A stretch of 32,000 bases of DNA from Candidatus Methanoperedens sp. (GCA_027460535.1 JAPZAR010000022.1:1-32000); one strand, 5' to 3'; counted from the stretch's first letter, positions 9,213 through 17,727 are shown. Numbers and translations are program-made. Notes: generated by a model from the letters alone, not told the origin.

Positions 9213-9423
9213 AACATTTTTAAATATAACCATAATTTTAAGGTGTATAAAGTTCTGCTTCAAATAGGTAACGGGGTGATTCATTTACAGCATATACCTA
9301 TTTTGGTGGAATTTACAGATTTATCACTGGCTTGGCTCGTTTGTCATCGACAGTGGCGTCTTCGTTGTAATCTATAATACTGCATATAAAACTGCACTGT
9401 CAGAATCCCCTGCTTGATCAGAT

Positions 9424-10032
9424 TCATTTTAAACCTCCAGCTCCTATATCATTCCTATTCTCGTTGGCTTCAAGAACATCAGAGATTCCCTGAGCATTTT
9501 TTGTATGAATTAGGATCTTGTTTATGGAAGGGTACGGAAAAAATTTAATCTGGATATAGAATCTGGCCTTATATTCAATGTAAGTGAAATATCCCAGACC
9601 GAAACTAAAAACAATCCACAATAGATTTTGGTTGAGTTTTTCGATAGGCACTCCCCTAATTATATCAACTAAAAATGTGAAAAACCACAATAATCCCATT
9701 AGAACTATTAACCAGATAGCCAATTTATGTGTTTTTTTCTCCTTTACCTGTATAGAATGTACTGAATCTATGGAACGGGTTGTTGAACCCAATACCCTGC
9801 TTAACAATGTGCTGATCTTTATATGATTATTATTGATTTCAACAGTCGACCGGGTTTGAATGAAAGTCAATAACACTATATAGAGCAGTATTAATTCAAA
9901 TGGGTATTTCTCAAAAAAGTGTTTATACTCTGACCCAAAATAAAGGATAAACCAGCTCAAAATAAGAGTAATTCCGATCATAGCTTCTTTTGTCATTCCC
10001 CTGACAGAGATATTTTCTGTAAGAGTTGTCAT
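9424..10032 (-). CDS. Hypothetical membrane protein (2 TM, short beta-rich module, 2 TM)
   Basis: 202-aa ORF whose start overlaps the upstream gene's stop by 4 nt. Its central segment TVEINNNHIKIS...IDSVHSIQVKEKKTHKL is similar to the neighbouring gene. Confidence 0.55.
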   Translation of the reverse strand: MTTLTENISVRGMTKEAMIGITLILSWFILYFGSEYKHFFEKYPFELILLYIVLLTFIQTRSTVEINNNHIKISTLLSRVLGSTTRSIDSVHSIQVKEKKTHKLAIWLIVLMGLLWFFTFLVDIIRGVPIEKLNQNLLWIVFSFGLGYFTYIEYKARFYIQIKFFPYPSINKILIHTKNAQGISDVLEANENRNDIGAGGLK

Positions 10033-10757
10033 TGAATCACTCCTAATTTATTCATCAGCTCCTGTGGATTATTGGTATAAAAGGTAACTTCGCGATTTTT
10101 CATCACAAATTTTAAAATAGTTGGATTATGCGATCTGACCAGATAATGGTAGAATATTACTGCAAAAAATACAGTCGTCATGGGTATTGAATAAGCGGTA
10201 ATGAATTTCACTATCAGAGGATCTGAACTTGCAAAGTTCAGGTTTGCACTGATTACATTTTTTCCAATCAAGATTAAAAGCGCAACAATCGAGACCGGAT
10301 AAAGAATCCATCGCAGTTTGTAAGAGGAATTTTTGGTGATCTCCATTTTTTCAATGTTCTTTTTTTGTATTTTGACAGGCCTTAGCACGGGTCTGTGAAT
10401 AATGATACTGTCAGGTGTAATTTCCACTGTTGTGTTATTCTGAAGAAATAAAAGTACTGAGGCAAAATAAAATATTGAAATTGCAATTATATCTATTATC
10501 GAATAATTGATATTGATTAATATCAATAGAAAAGCCGCGATAGAAGCGGGAACTAAAATTTTTATTATGCCTGCATCACGGGAACTGTCTACAAGAATCC
10601 GTTGGCGCTCGGACGGTGCATATTTTGCATGAAAGGCATTCGTGCCAATATTGGGATTTATGGTGTTAGAGCGTGCAAACTCAAGATCATCTTTCTTGCA
10701 CCAGCCAATCAACCTCTTTATATGCTCAAATACGCTCACCGGCAACTCAATCACCAT
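10029..10757 (-). CDS. Hypothetical membrane protein, paralog of 9424-10032
   Basis: ATG at 10757 (MVIELPVSVFEHIKRLIGWCKK...); the track uses TTG at 10784. Central segment TVEITPDSIIIHRPVLRPVKIQKKNIEKMEITKNSSYKL lies between hydrophobic helices. From memory, the GWC motif near the N-terminus recalls Methanosarcina-specific membrane protein families. Confidence 0.55.
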   Translation of the reverse strand: MVIELPVSVFEHIKRLIGWCKKDDLEFARSNTINPNIGTNAFHAKYAPSERQRILVDSSRDAGIIKILVPASIAAFLLILININYSIIDIIAISIFYFASVLLFLQNNTTVEITPDSIIIHRPVLRPVKIQKKNIEKMEITKNSSYKLRWILYPVSIVALLILIGKNVISANLNFASSDPLIVKFITAYSIPMTTVFFAVIFYHYLVRSHNPTILKFVMKNREVTFYTNNPQELMNKLGVIQ

Positions 10758-10896
10758 GCCTTTTGTTTTTATCAAAAAAAGCAATCAGTATGAAGGTGGC
10801 TATTGGGCCAAGCAGCATTGAAAGAAGAAACCAATTAATGCCGCTTCTATTTTTCCCCTGGGCAATCCCGGCATTGATCAATGCAAGTGTACCCAT
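10747..10896 (-). CDS. Possible 49-aa small membrane protein (below the track's length cutoff)
   Basis: Manual translation gives MGTLALINAGIAQGKNRSGINWFLLSMLLGPIATFILIAFFDKNKRHGD. There is one clear TM helix, and the stop overlaps the downstream ATG at 10757 by 11 nt. Confidence 0.3.
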   Translation of the reverse strand: MGTLALINAGIAQGKNRSGINWFLLSMLLGPIATFILIAFFDKNKRHGD

Positions 10897-11027
10897 CCTA
10901 TTGCATAATCAGTTGCCGGGCTCATATAAAAATACCTCTTCTCGCTTTGCTAAAGTACATTATGGGTTCACACATTTGCGACATTTTAATTATGATTTCA
11001 GTGACATTTATTGCCATACTACCCTGA

Positions 11028-11222
11028 TTACTCCTCAAAGATAAAAATTTCCTCTATTTTTGATTTTAATACTTCAGCTATATCATGAGCAAGCTTCAAT
11101 GAGGGATTATATTTTCCTTTTTCTAAGAAAACAATAGTTTCTCTTCTTACACCCACCTTTTTGGCAAGTTCTTCTTGAGTTAAATCATATCTTGCCCGCA
11201 GCTCCTTGATTCGGGTTTTCAT
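11028..11222 (-). CDS. XRE-family helix-turn-helix transcriptional regulator (64 aa)
   Basis: [52 protein letters not shown] is a canonical HTH_3/Cro-C1 fold sequence. Its start overlaps the upstream stop (TAATG). Confidence 0.9.
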   Translation of the reverse strand: MKTRIKELRARYDLTQEELAKKVGVRRETIVFLEKGKYNPSLKLAHDIAEVLKSKIEEIFIFEE

Positions 11223-11440
11223 TACACTTCGCCTTTTTTGTCAATATGATACCCAATAATTAGCCAGGAAAATATGCTGGCGAACATAAGGAAGCCGAAA
11301 ATTACGCTTCCCGTGTAAAACGGCCTTCCTTCATGGATGTTTTTAAGCACATTATAAAATACAAACGCCAGCAAACCTATGCTTAGCGCCAGGTTAATCT
11401 TACTCATCAATATCATTTTTTTATTTTCCTTAATCTTCAT
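11222..11440 (-). CDS. Small 2-TM membrane protein, half-size member of the paralog array
   Basis: 72 aa. Its C-terminal half [17 protein letters not shown] resembles the C-termini of the 4-TM paralogs (IYSWIILVYYFVKKGE). Confidence 0.6.
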   Translation of the reverse strand: MKIKENKKMILMSKINLALSIGLLAFVFYNVLKNIHEGRPFYTGSVIFGFLMFASIFSWLIIGYHIDKKGEV

Positions 11441-11553
11441 TCGATATCACCTTTTTTATTGTACTACCACCTGAACACAATCGTTGCCCACGATGACGGT
11501 ATTATATCAGGTAATACCAAGCCCAGATACCTTTGTTTCTTATCAGTTCCATT
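11441..11553 (-). pseudogene. Decayed C-terminal remnant of a further array paralog
   Basis: 22 nt (ttcattcgatatcacctttttt) at 11437-11458 are identical to the P3/P4 junction at 11967-11988. The minus strand reads ...[11 protein letters not shown], compared with the intact [12 protein letters not shown]. An upstream GIWAWYYLI fragment lies in another frame. Confidence 0.45.
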
Positions 11554-11970
11554 TCATTCACCCTTTTTAACAAAATAATAAACCAATATGATCCACGAAT
11601 ATATTCCGATATGTCCGACAATTATCGGCGTCCAGGGGGAATCCTTGGCGGCCAGCAAGAAACTGTTTGTCCCACCCAAAATGTATGCTCCACTCAATAG
11701 AATCAAACATCCCACAAGAATCAAAAATGCATATATGCTCGCTTTTTCAAGAGCTCTTATGGTTCGTTCATCGCCCACAGCTCCTGTTGTTGGCATTGAG
11801 TAAAAACACCAGGCAGCTATCATGATGTCCAACCACCGAATAATGTCGATAATTACGTTTTGGCTATATGACGGCCTTATTCCTAAAATTATTTGGATTA
11901 TTACAATGGCCAATGACACAAACCCGAGAACGAAAAGCAAATACCACCATTTTCTGTTGAAGTTGTTCAT
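11554..11970 (-). CDS. 4-TM membrane protein, array paralog P4 (DUF2178-like, from memory)
   Basis: 138 aa. Loop motif GDERTIRALEKASIYAF after TM2, C-terminal YYFVKKGE, and an ATGA overlap with P3. Confidence 0.7.
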   Translation of the reverse strand: MNNFNRKWWYLLFVLGFVSLAIVIIQIILGIRPSYSQNVIIDIIRWLDIMIAAWCFYSMPTTGAVGDERTIRALEKASIYAFLILVGCLILLSGAYILGGTNSFLLAAKDSPWTPIIVGHIGIYSWIILVYYFVKKGE

Positions 11971-12359
11971 TCGATATCACCTTTTTTGTTATAATACCAT
12001 TGCAGTATAATGTAGGAGTAAATCCCGGCAATCTGGGCCGGCACTACGCCCGCTTGATACTTAATCGGAGACGAAGCTGCAAGATCGATCAGAGTTATGA
12101 TGACGGACGTTGTCAGCATTATCTCGAATGCATGAAGCCCCGCCTTTTCGTTGATTCTTGCAGTGCGCTCGTCCGCAAGAAGCTGGTCTTTTGGCTTTGT
12201 TGCGGCATACAGGCCGGTTATTGTCATGATTGTTCCGCCAAGTATCAGGCCTGCGCCGAATATCGGATTATAAAAAATCCACAAAAGTGCGCCTATGGCT
12301 ACCAGTCCCAAACTCATCGCCAAAAACTGCAAAACGTCTTTGTCTGCCCGAAATTTCAT
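11967..12359 (-). CDS. 4-TM membrane protein, array paralog P3
   Basis: 130 aa. Loop motif ADERTARINEKAGLHAF, C-terminal [10 protein letters not shown], and ATGA overlaps on both sides. Confidence 0.7.
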   Translation of the reverse strand: MKFRADKDVLQFLAMSLGLVAIGALLWIFYNPIFGAGLILGGTIMTITGLYAATKPKDQLLADERTARINEKAGLHAFEIMLTTSVIITLIDLAASSPIKYQAGVVPAQIAGIYSYIILQWYYNKKGDIE

Positions 12360-12760
12360 TTCGCATCACCCTTTCTATCAAAATATTGAAGAAGCGCAAA
12401 CGGAATAATCAATACAGCCGTGCCTATTACCGAGAGGGTTATGTCCACAGATAGTTTCTCGGGCGCAAGTATGTATATTCCGACTAGAGCGGCAACAATA
12501 ATCATTATGCAAATATACGAGTAGCGGAAAGCAATTCCCGACAGCCTCAGCGTCCGCTCGTCCTGCTCAAACCAGCCCTTGTCCTTTATCATGGATATGG
12601 CTGCTGAATAGATGAGGAGCGTGATGATAATCCCAAGCGGAGACGTTGCAGATTTCGCCGCCTCGTAACTGCCGCCTTTGAGTATGATTGAAATGCCGGC
12701 GAATAAATGAATCAGCCACAATATTGCAGCGAATATCAGGATTCCATGCCAAATTTTCAT
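12356..12760 (-). CDS. 4-TM membrane protein, array paralog P2
   Basis: 134 aa. Loop motif QDERTLRLSGIAFRYSY, C-terminal QYFDRKGDAK, and ATGA overlaps on both sides. Confidence 0.7.
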   Translation of the reverse strand: MKIWHGILIFAAILWLIHLFAGISIILKGGSYEAAKSATSPLGIIITLLIYSAAISMIKDKGWFEQDERTLRLSGIAFRYSYICIMIIVAALVGIYILAPEKLSVDITLSVIGTAVLIIPFALLQYFDRKGDAK

Positions 12761-13164
12761 TTTACATCACCCTTTCTTTTATAGTACCAATCGTATATCA
12801 AAAAAGGAATGAATCCGGCAAAGAAAACAATCATAGATACATTCCAGTAGTCCGCATTCTCTATCGCCGGAATGACTTTGCCAAACGCCAATATAAGAAG
12901 AATTGTTATCAATGTTGCTCCATAGGCATGATATCCTGCCTTTTCAGCTATCCTTCTGGAGCGCTCGTCCTGAAAATAATGCTCCTTGCCAAGAAGCATT
13001 GCAAATACAATCATGAATACGCCGGAAAGTACAAGATTAATCCCAATACCAATCTGATTAAGAGATAGCGCAAGAATTCCAATCAATATTATGCCTATGC
13101 ATGCTTTAACAAATATCCCGAAATCCCTGCTTTTTGCCTTAGATATTTCGTTTGTCAGTTTCAT
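12757..13164 (-). CDS. 4-TM membrane protein, array paralog P1
   Basis: 135 aa. Loop motif QDERSRRIAEKAGYHAY and C-terminal DWYYKRKGDVK. Confidence 0.7.
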   Translation of the reverse strand: MKLTNEISKAKSRDFGIFVKACIGIILIGILALSLNQIGIGINLVLSGVFMIVFAMLLGKEHYFQDERSRRIAEKAGYHAYGATLITILLILAFGKVIPAIENADYWNVSMIVFFAGFIPFLIYDWYYKRKGDVK

Positions 13165-13200
13165 CCAATCACCAAAAGTTATCTAGTTGCAACTTTGTTT

Positions 13201-13362
13201 TCACCATACATCTCCTCTTCGTTCAAAATATAGAACAAATACAAGGGGGAGAACTAATAATAACAGTATCGATCCAAGAAACATAGCTATAGGTGAAATT
13301 GTGCCGATATTTATTACCCCCAACATATCCAAAAATACGGACGCAAACCAAAGCATAATCAT
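13201..13362 (-). CDS. Possible 53-aa 2-TM protein, first gene of the array (below the track cutoff)
   Basis: Manual translation gives MIMLWFASVFLDMLGVINIGTISPIAMFLGSILLLLVLPLVFVLYFERRGDVW. It shares the family's C-terminal [KR][KR]G[DE] tail and lies 36 nt upstream of P1. Confidence 0.4.
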   Translation of the reverse strand: MIMLWFASVFLDMLGVINIGTISPIAMFLGSILLLLVLPLVFVLYFERRGDVW

Positions 13363-13397
13363 AACAAGTTGTTCCTATATTTAGTAACAAGTTGTTC
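13362..13397. promoter_or_regulatory. Two copies of a palindromic 13-bp motif TAACAAGTTGTTC, a candidate operator
   Basis: Perfect direct repeat at 13362-13374 and 13385-13397. Each copy contains the inverted repeat AACAA-G-TTGTT. The copies are 23 bp apart and flank a TATATTTA box in the divergent intergenic region between the membrane-protein/XRE operon and the panE-like gene. Confidence 0.45.
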
Positions 13398-13430
13398 TGG
13401 ATAAGGACAATATTTTAATTTGAGGTTAGA

Positions 13431-14369
13431 ATGTTCAAAAACACAATAGATTTTGACAATATCTGTATTGTTGGTTCTGGTGCAATTGGAAGTGCTTTTG
13501 GAGGTTTTTTATCAAATGCAGGATACAAAGTAACTTTTATAGAAAAGAATGAGGGTATAATTAAACAAGTTAAAGAAAATGGATTATCAATATCTGGTGT
13601 TAAAGAAATACATTTGAATAATGTGACCATCGTACCACCAGGAAGTATTACACAAAAACAAGATTTAATTCTGTTTGCAGTAAAAGCATATAGTCTGGAA
13701 GAAGCTGTCAAGAGTACTTTACCGATAATTGGAAAAAATACTTATGTTGTTTGTCTGCAAAATGGGCTTGGGATAAGCGAAATTATCAGCAAATATGTCA
13801 GTAAAGAACAGATTATAGAAGGTATCGTTTGGTTTCCTGCAACAATGGTTAAACCTGGACATATTGAGTTATTAACATTTTATGAAGAAAGCATATTTGG
13901 AGGGAGATTCCAGAGATCACAAGAATATGCAAAAAAATTTGCATCAGTATTAACTTCGGCAGGAATACCTGCAAAAGCAGTTGATAATATTTCCGAGGAA
14001 GTTTGGAGAAAAGCTATTCCAATAATTATAGGCAACTCAATCAACGCAATCACTAGGAAAAATTTAGGCGTAATATCTGAAATACCTGAATTAAATGAGA
14101 GTTTATTTGCGATTGCACAAGAATCATTGAAAATTGCAAGGGCAGAAGGCATTGAATTAGATGAAGAGCGTCTTGGAAAATCAATGGATAATGCTCTAGA
14201 AAAAGGATATGAGCATAAGACTTCTATGTTAGTTGATATTATTAATAAAAGGAAGACTGAAGTTGATTTTTTAAATGGAAAAATCATAGAACTTGGGAAA
14301 AAACATAACATACAAACTCCACTAAACCTTCTTATATACGGCTTGATTAAAGTACTTGAAAGCGGATGA
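13431..14369 (+). CDS. panE: 2-dehydropantoate 2-reductase (ketopantoate reductase, ApbA/PanE family)
   Basis: N-terminal Rossmann ICIVGSGAIGSAFGGFLSNAGYKVTFIEK. The C-terminal part has the family's STSMLQD/E-like region (KTSMLVDIINKRKTEVDFLNG). GAGGT lies 5 nt upstream of the ATG. Confidence 0.8.
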   Translation: MFKNTIDFDNICIVGSGAIGSAFGGFLSNAGYKVTFIEKNEGIIKQVKENGLSISGVKEIHLNNVTIVPPGSITQKQDLILFAVKAYSLEEAVKSTLPIIGKNTYVVCLQNGLGISEIISKYVSKEQIIEGIVWFPATMVKPGHIELLTFYEESIFGGRFQRSQEYAKKFASVLTSAGIPAKAVDNISEEVWRKAIPIIIGNSINAITRKNLGVISEIPELNESLFAIAQESLKIARAEGIELDEERLGKSMDNALEKGYEHKTSMLVDIINKRKTEVDFLNGKIIELGKKHNIQTPLNLLIYGLIKVLESG

Positions 14370-14515
14370 AAATGCTTCCTCCGCAATGGACAAGGTGATA
14401 TTGAAATTCTGACATGAAATGCTTCGCTATGGCGCGATTCGTCCGAATTTCATCCGGACCGTGCCCGGTGCGCTCACTGTTGGCGGCTTCGATTTATAAA
14501 TCACCCATATGAAAA

Positions 14516-14704
14516 TCAACTCTTGTAGTCTTCAATTGGACTAACAGCTTTGCCGCCATTCCAGCCTGATAGATTATCTTTTTTGTAGAGACAATAATGC
14601 CGCGCAGGATCAGGGCAGGCTGCGCCATCAACTTTGTAGAGCCAATTCCAGCCAGAATATGCGGTTTCGGAATCAGTAAACTGATCCAGTTTTGAGGGCG
14701 ACAT
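14516..14704 (-). CDS. Hypothetical small protein (62 aa)
   Basis: A strong AAGGAGGAG lies 8 nt upstream of the ATG. No motif recognised. Confidence 0.5.
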   Translation of the reverse strand: MSPSKLDQFTDSETAYSGWNWLYKVDGAACPDPARHYCLYKKDNLSGWNGGKAVSPIEDYKS

Positions 14705-14849
14705 TTAATTCTCCTCCTTATTATTTTTTCGGGTGTTCTTTATGGAAAGTTCTATCGGGAACGGCTTGCCATGGCGGGATAAACAGTATATATCAGACGC
14801 CAAAGTACTTATATCGCCTTATTACATACATAATATAGGAGGTTAGTAA

Positions 14850-15113
14850 ATGTTGTTTGTCCTATGGTTCAAGTGGGTTCCAGAGAATACATCAAAACTT
14901 CTGGAACTTTGGAAAGAATTCAAATATCCCAAAGGAGTTAAATTGATAGGCAGATATCTGCTGATAGGTCGGCATATCTCTTTAGCAATATTTGATGCCT
15001 CAAATGAAGAATCGATTCTAAAGATAACCTACCCGTTCAGGGAAATAGGAGTGCCTCATATAGCTCCTGCTTTGCCGCTTGAAGAAGCGCTGGAAATGAT
15101 GGAGAATATGTAG
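14850..15113 (+). CDS. Hypothetical small protein (87 aa), possibly DUF3303-like
   Basis: TAGGAGGT lies 7 nt upstream of the ATG. The MLFVLWFKW... start and overall length resemble DUF3303-type proteins, from memory only. Confidence 0.5.
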   Translation: MLFVLWFKWVPENTSKLLELWKEFKYPKGVKLIGRYLLIGRHISLAIFDASNEESILKITYPFREIGVPHIAPALPLEEALEMMENM

Positions 15114-15204
15114 GACACATGGAGTACCAGCATAACTCATGTAACAAAGACGGATTGCGAAATATTATGTAAAAGAGATTAAAGAACTAGGGGGAGTGCT
15201 AATA

Positions 15205-16071
15205 ATGGCGAATACAATCTTAATTACCGGTGCAACAGGGCATATCGGAAGCCAGGTGGCTGAAGAGCTGATTAAGCGAAAAGTTCCTTTTAAGATCATG
15301 GTTCGATCAAGGCAGAACAATCCCGTCTGGGAAAAGGCAGGAGTGGAACAGGTTAAGGGTGATTTCAGCGATCCAGGATCGCTTGAGAAAGCCCTTAATG
15401 GGGTTGATAAACTCTTTTCACTGACGCCGTTCGTTGAAAACCTGGTGGAACTCGGTATCAATGTTGTTCAAGCAGCGAAAAAGGCAGGAGTTAAGTACAT
15501 AGTCCGCTCTTCGGCACTGACTGCAGATGAGAATGCCACTACGATCCCAAGATGGCATCGGGAAGTGGAAAAGTCAATTGAAGAGTCCGGCATATCTTAT
15601 ACGTTTCTCCGTCCTGCTCCCTTCATGCAGAACTATTTGGGGTATGCTGACTCCATCAAGACCCGGAACGCCTTTTATGCTCCTCTCGGTGATGGAAAGG
15701 TGAGCTATGTGGATGTGCGCGATATTGCGGTAGTGGCGGTGGCAGCATTGACCGAGCGAGGACATGAGGGGCAAGTCTATCCGCTGACTGGCGGCGAAGC
15801 TCTTTCTAATTACGATATCGCTCTACTTTTCGGAAAGGCTTTAGGAAGAACCATCAAGTATGTGGACATTCCTGAAAGCGCGGCCAATGATTCCTTGACT
15901 AAAATGGGAATGCCCCAGTGGATGGTCAATGGGCTTGCAGAATTAAATAAGATCGCTAAGGCAGGTTATCTTGCGGAAGTTTATCCCACAGTAGAAAAGG
16001 TCACGAGAAGAAAGCCAGTTTTATTTACCCAATTTATCAGGGATAATATAAGAGCGTTTCAGCTTTCTTGA
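15205..16071 (+). CDS. NmrA-like / atypical SDR NAD(P)-binding oxidoreductase
   Basis: ILITGATGHIGSQVAEELIKRKVPFKIMVRS Rossmann start plus an NmrA-like body. The ATG at 15205 is preceded by GGGGGAG; the track uses GTG at 15196. Confidence 0.8.
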   Translation: MANTILITGATGHIGSQVAEELIKRKVPFKIMVRSRQNNPVWEKAGVEQVKGDFSDPGSLEKALNGVDKLFSLTPFVENLVELGINVVQAAKKAGVKYIVRSSALTADENATTIPRWHREVEKSIEESGISYTFLRPAPFMQNYLGYADSIKTRNAFYAPLGDGKVSYVDVRDIAVVAVAALTERGHEGQVYPLTGGEALSNYDIALLFGKALGRTIKYVDIPESAANDSLTKMGMPQWMVNGLAELNKIAKAGYLAEVYPTVEKVTRRKPVLFTQFIRDNIRAFQLS

Positions 16072-16530
16072 GTCAATCGTCTTGAGAGCATTTCCAGGAA
16101 CATGAAGGGAAATAAGCTTTTTGGACGTGTTTGCCGGAATAATCCTTTTCGATGTGCAAATAAAGGCCGATAAGGAACAATAATCCCCCTGCCTTCTACA
16201 GGATTCTCTATCTAGCTTTTTGCAGGGATCAGGTCATATCTGAAAAATAGATAAGTTTTTAATTCAATTGGCTAATTTGATGGTTTCGTTAATAGCGGAA
16301 TCGATTTGTTTAAGTTCAACGAAATCGGGGTTCCCGTGGCATTGCGCGTCTTAACACGTTTGTCCAACTCAAGAGACTTTTGCGCCTTTGGGTTTTATAT
16401 ACCGATAACGATCAGAGTTCCGGCATTTCAAGAAAAAAAAATAGACCTATCGAATACTATCCCGGCAGTTATGGTAGTGACCTTACCGCGCATGCGAGAA
16501 TCCTTTCCAACTGTCGCGGCCTGCATACAA

Positions 16531-17727
16531 TTATTTCACAAACCTGCCCAGAAAAGGTGTCCTCAATTCAATGGCATTGCTGGGACATAATTCCTGGCAG
16601 CAATAACATCGGATACATTTCTTATGATCAAACGAAGGATACTCCCCTTTTTTTGACAACGCACCGGAAGGACAGTGTTCCATGCATATCCAGCATTTCT
16701 TGCAATTTTCTCTCACCAGCTCAGGTTTAGCCACCAACATACTGCGAAGGAAACGCATCAAACCTCTGGCACGGAAAAATGATGCAGTGCCAGAAGGAAG
16801 CTGAAAGTCCTTGATTTGCATGTCCATCAGATTCTCTCCAAGTACATTGATACTGGAAATATTTCCCACACCTCTGCCCTGTTCGTGCGCAAGTCGAGTG
16901 GAAGGCACCATGAACGGCTCTATGCCAACCATCTTGCATGCTACTGCATCAAGTGCCACGGGGTCTTTACTTGCAAGAATTGCATTGACTTTTTTTGGCG
17001 TGCCGTTGCTCGGCCCGTTGCCTTCCATACCGACCACTGCATCCATCAATGTCAATTCAGGCCGCACTATGCCAAGCAGATCCACGAGCATCTGGGAAAA
17101 TGTTTCCGGATCCTGGGCACGAAGATGCATTTTTGCCTTATTGAGGCCGGTTACACAGCCGAAGTTATTCTTTACTCCTCCGGTAAATAATGTCAGCCCA
17201 TGGGTTTTGAGTTTTGGCAGGGAGATCAGCACATCAGCTTGCAGAACCTGCTTTGATAAGATGAAGCTTTTAAACATACGACCGCTGGCATTTTTTGCAT
17301 CAACAGATTCCGCACTCAGGTGCAGGATCTCTGCCCCTTCCTCCTCACATACCTGCATGATGCCAGAACTGCGGCAGGCAGCAAAGTACCTTTTACGATT
17401 TGACGCTCCTTCATATCCACTGCAATCGCCAACCTGCGGGATGCCTCCTGCTGCTCTAACCTGATGTATCATGGCCCGTACGATCGCCGGATGCGTGGTA
17501 ACTGCCTTTTCAGGAACATCACCTGTCAGGAGATTGATCTTTAAAAGGACATGATCACCAGGTTTAACATAACTTTCAATACCGCCAATAAGCCCCAGTG
17601 CTTTTTCGATCGCGTCCTCAATATTTGAATTATTATAGGTTTGGCACCTTACAAGGGACACTGTAGAAATGTTACTACCTTCATTCTGCTTGTTGAGAAT
17701 TTCTGTAGAAGGCTTCAAATGCACCAT
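16531..17727 (-). CDS. DUF362 domain protein with C-terminal 2x[4Fe-4S] ferredoxin domain
   Basis: DUF362-like body, with C-terminal CKKCWICMEHCP and CIRCYCCQELCP cluster motifs; 398 aa. Confidence 0.8.
   Translation of the reverse strand: MVHLKPSTEILNKQNEGSNISTVSLVRCQTYNNSNIEDAIEKALGLIGGIESYVKPGDHVLLKINLLTGDVPEKAVTTHPAIVRAMIHQVRAAGGIPQVGDCSGYEGASNRKRYFAACRSSGIMQVCEEEGAEILHLSAESVDAKNASGRMFKSFILSKQVLQADVLISLPKLKTHGLTLFTGGVKNNFGCVTGLNKAKMHLRAQDPETFSQMLVDLLGIVRPELTLMDAVVGMEGNGPSNGTPKKVNAILASKDPVALDAVACKMVGIEPFMVPSTRLAHEQGRGVGNISSINVLGENLMDMQIKDFQLPSGTASFFRARGLMRFLRSMLVAKPELVRENCKKCWICMEHCPSGALSKKGEYPSFDHKKCIRCYCCQELCPSNAIELRTPFLGRFVK

Noticed and set aside
12000-12389. 129-aa plus-strand ORF and other plus-strand ORFs across 11588-13068
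   Set aside because: They lie antisense to the strongly supported, translationally coupled membrane-protein array. Their Cys/Arg-rich translations are typical of shadow frames.
13880-14386. 168-aa minus-strand ORF
   Set aside because: It lies entirely antisense to the well-supported PanE-family gene, so it is a shadow ORF.
16811-17464. 217-aa plus-strand ORF (and 16816-17190)
   Set aside because: It lies antisense to the DUF362/ferredoxin gene. The Ser/Pro/Ala-rich translation has no motifs.
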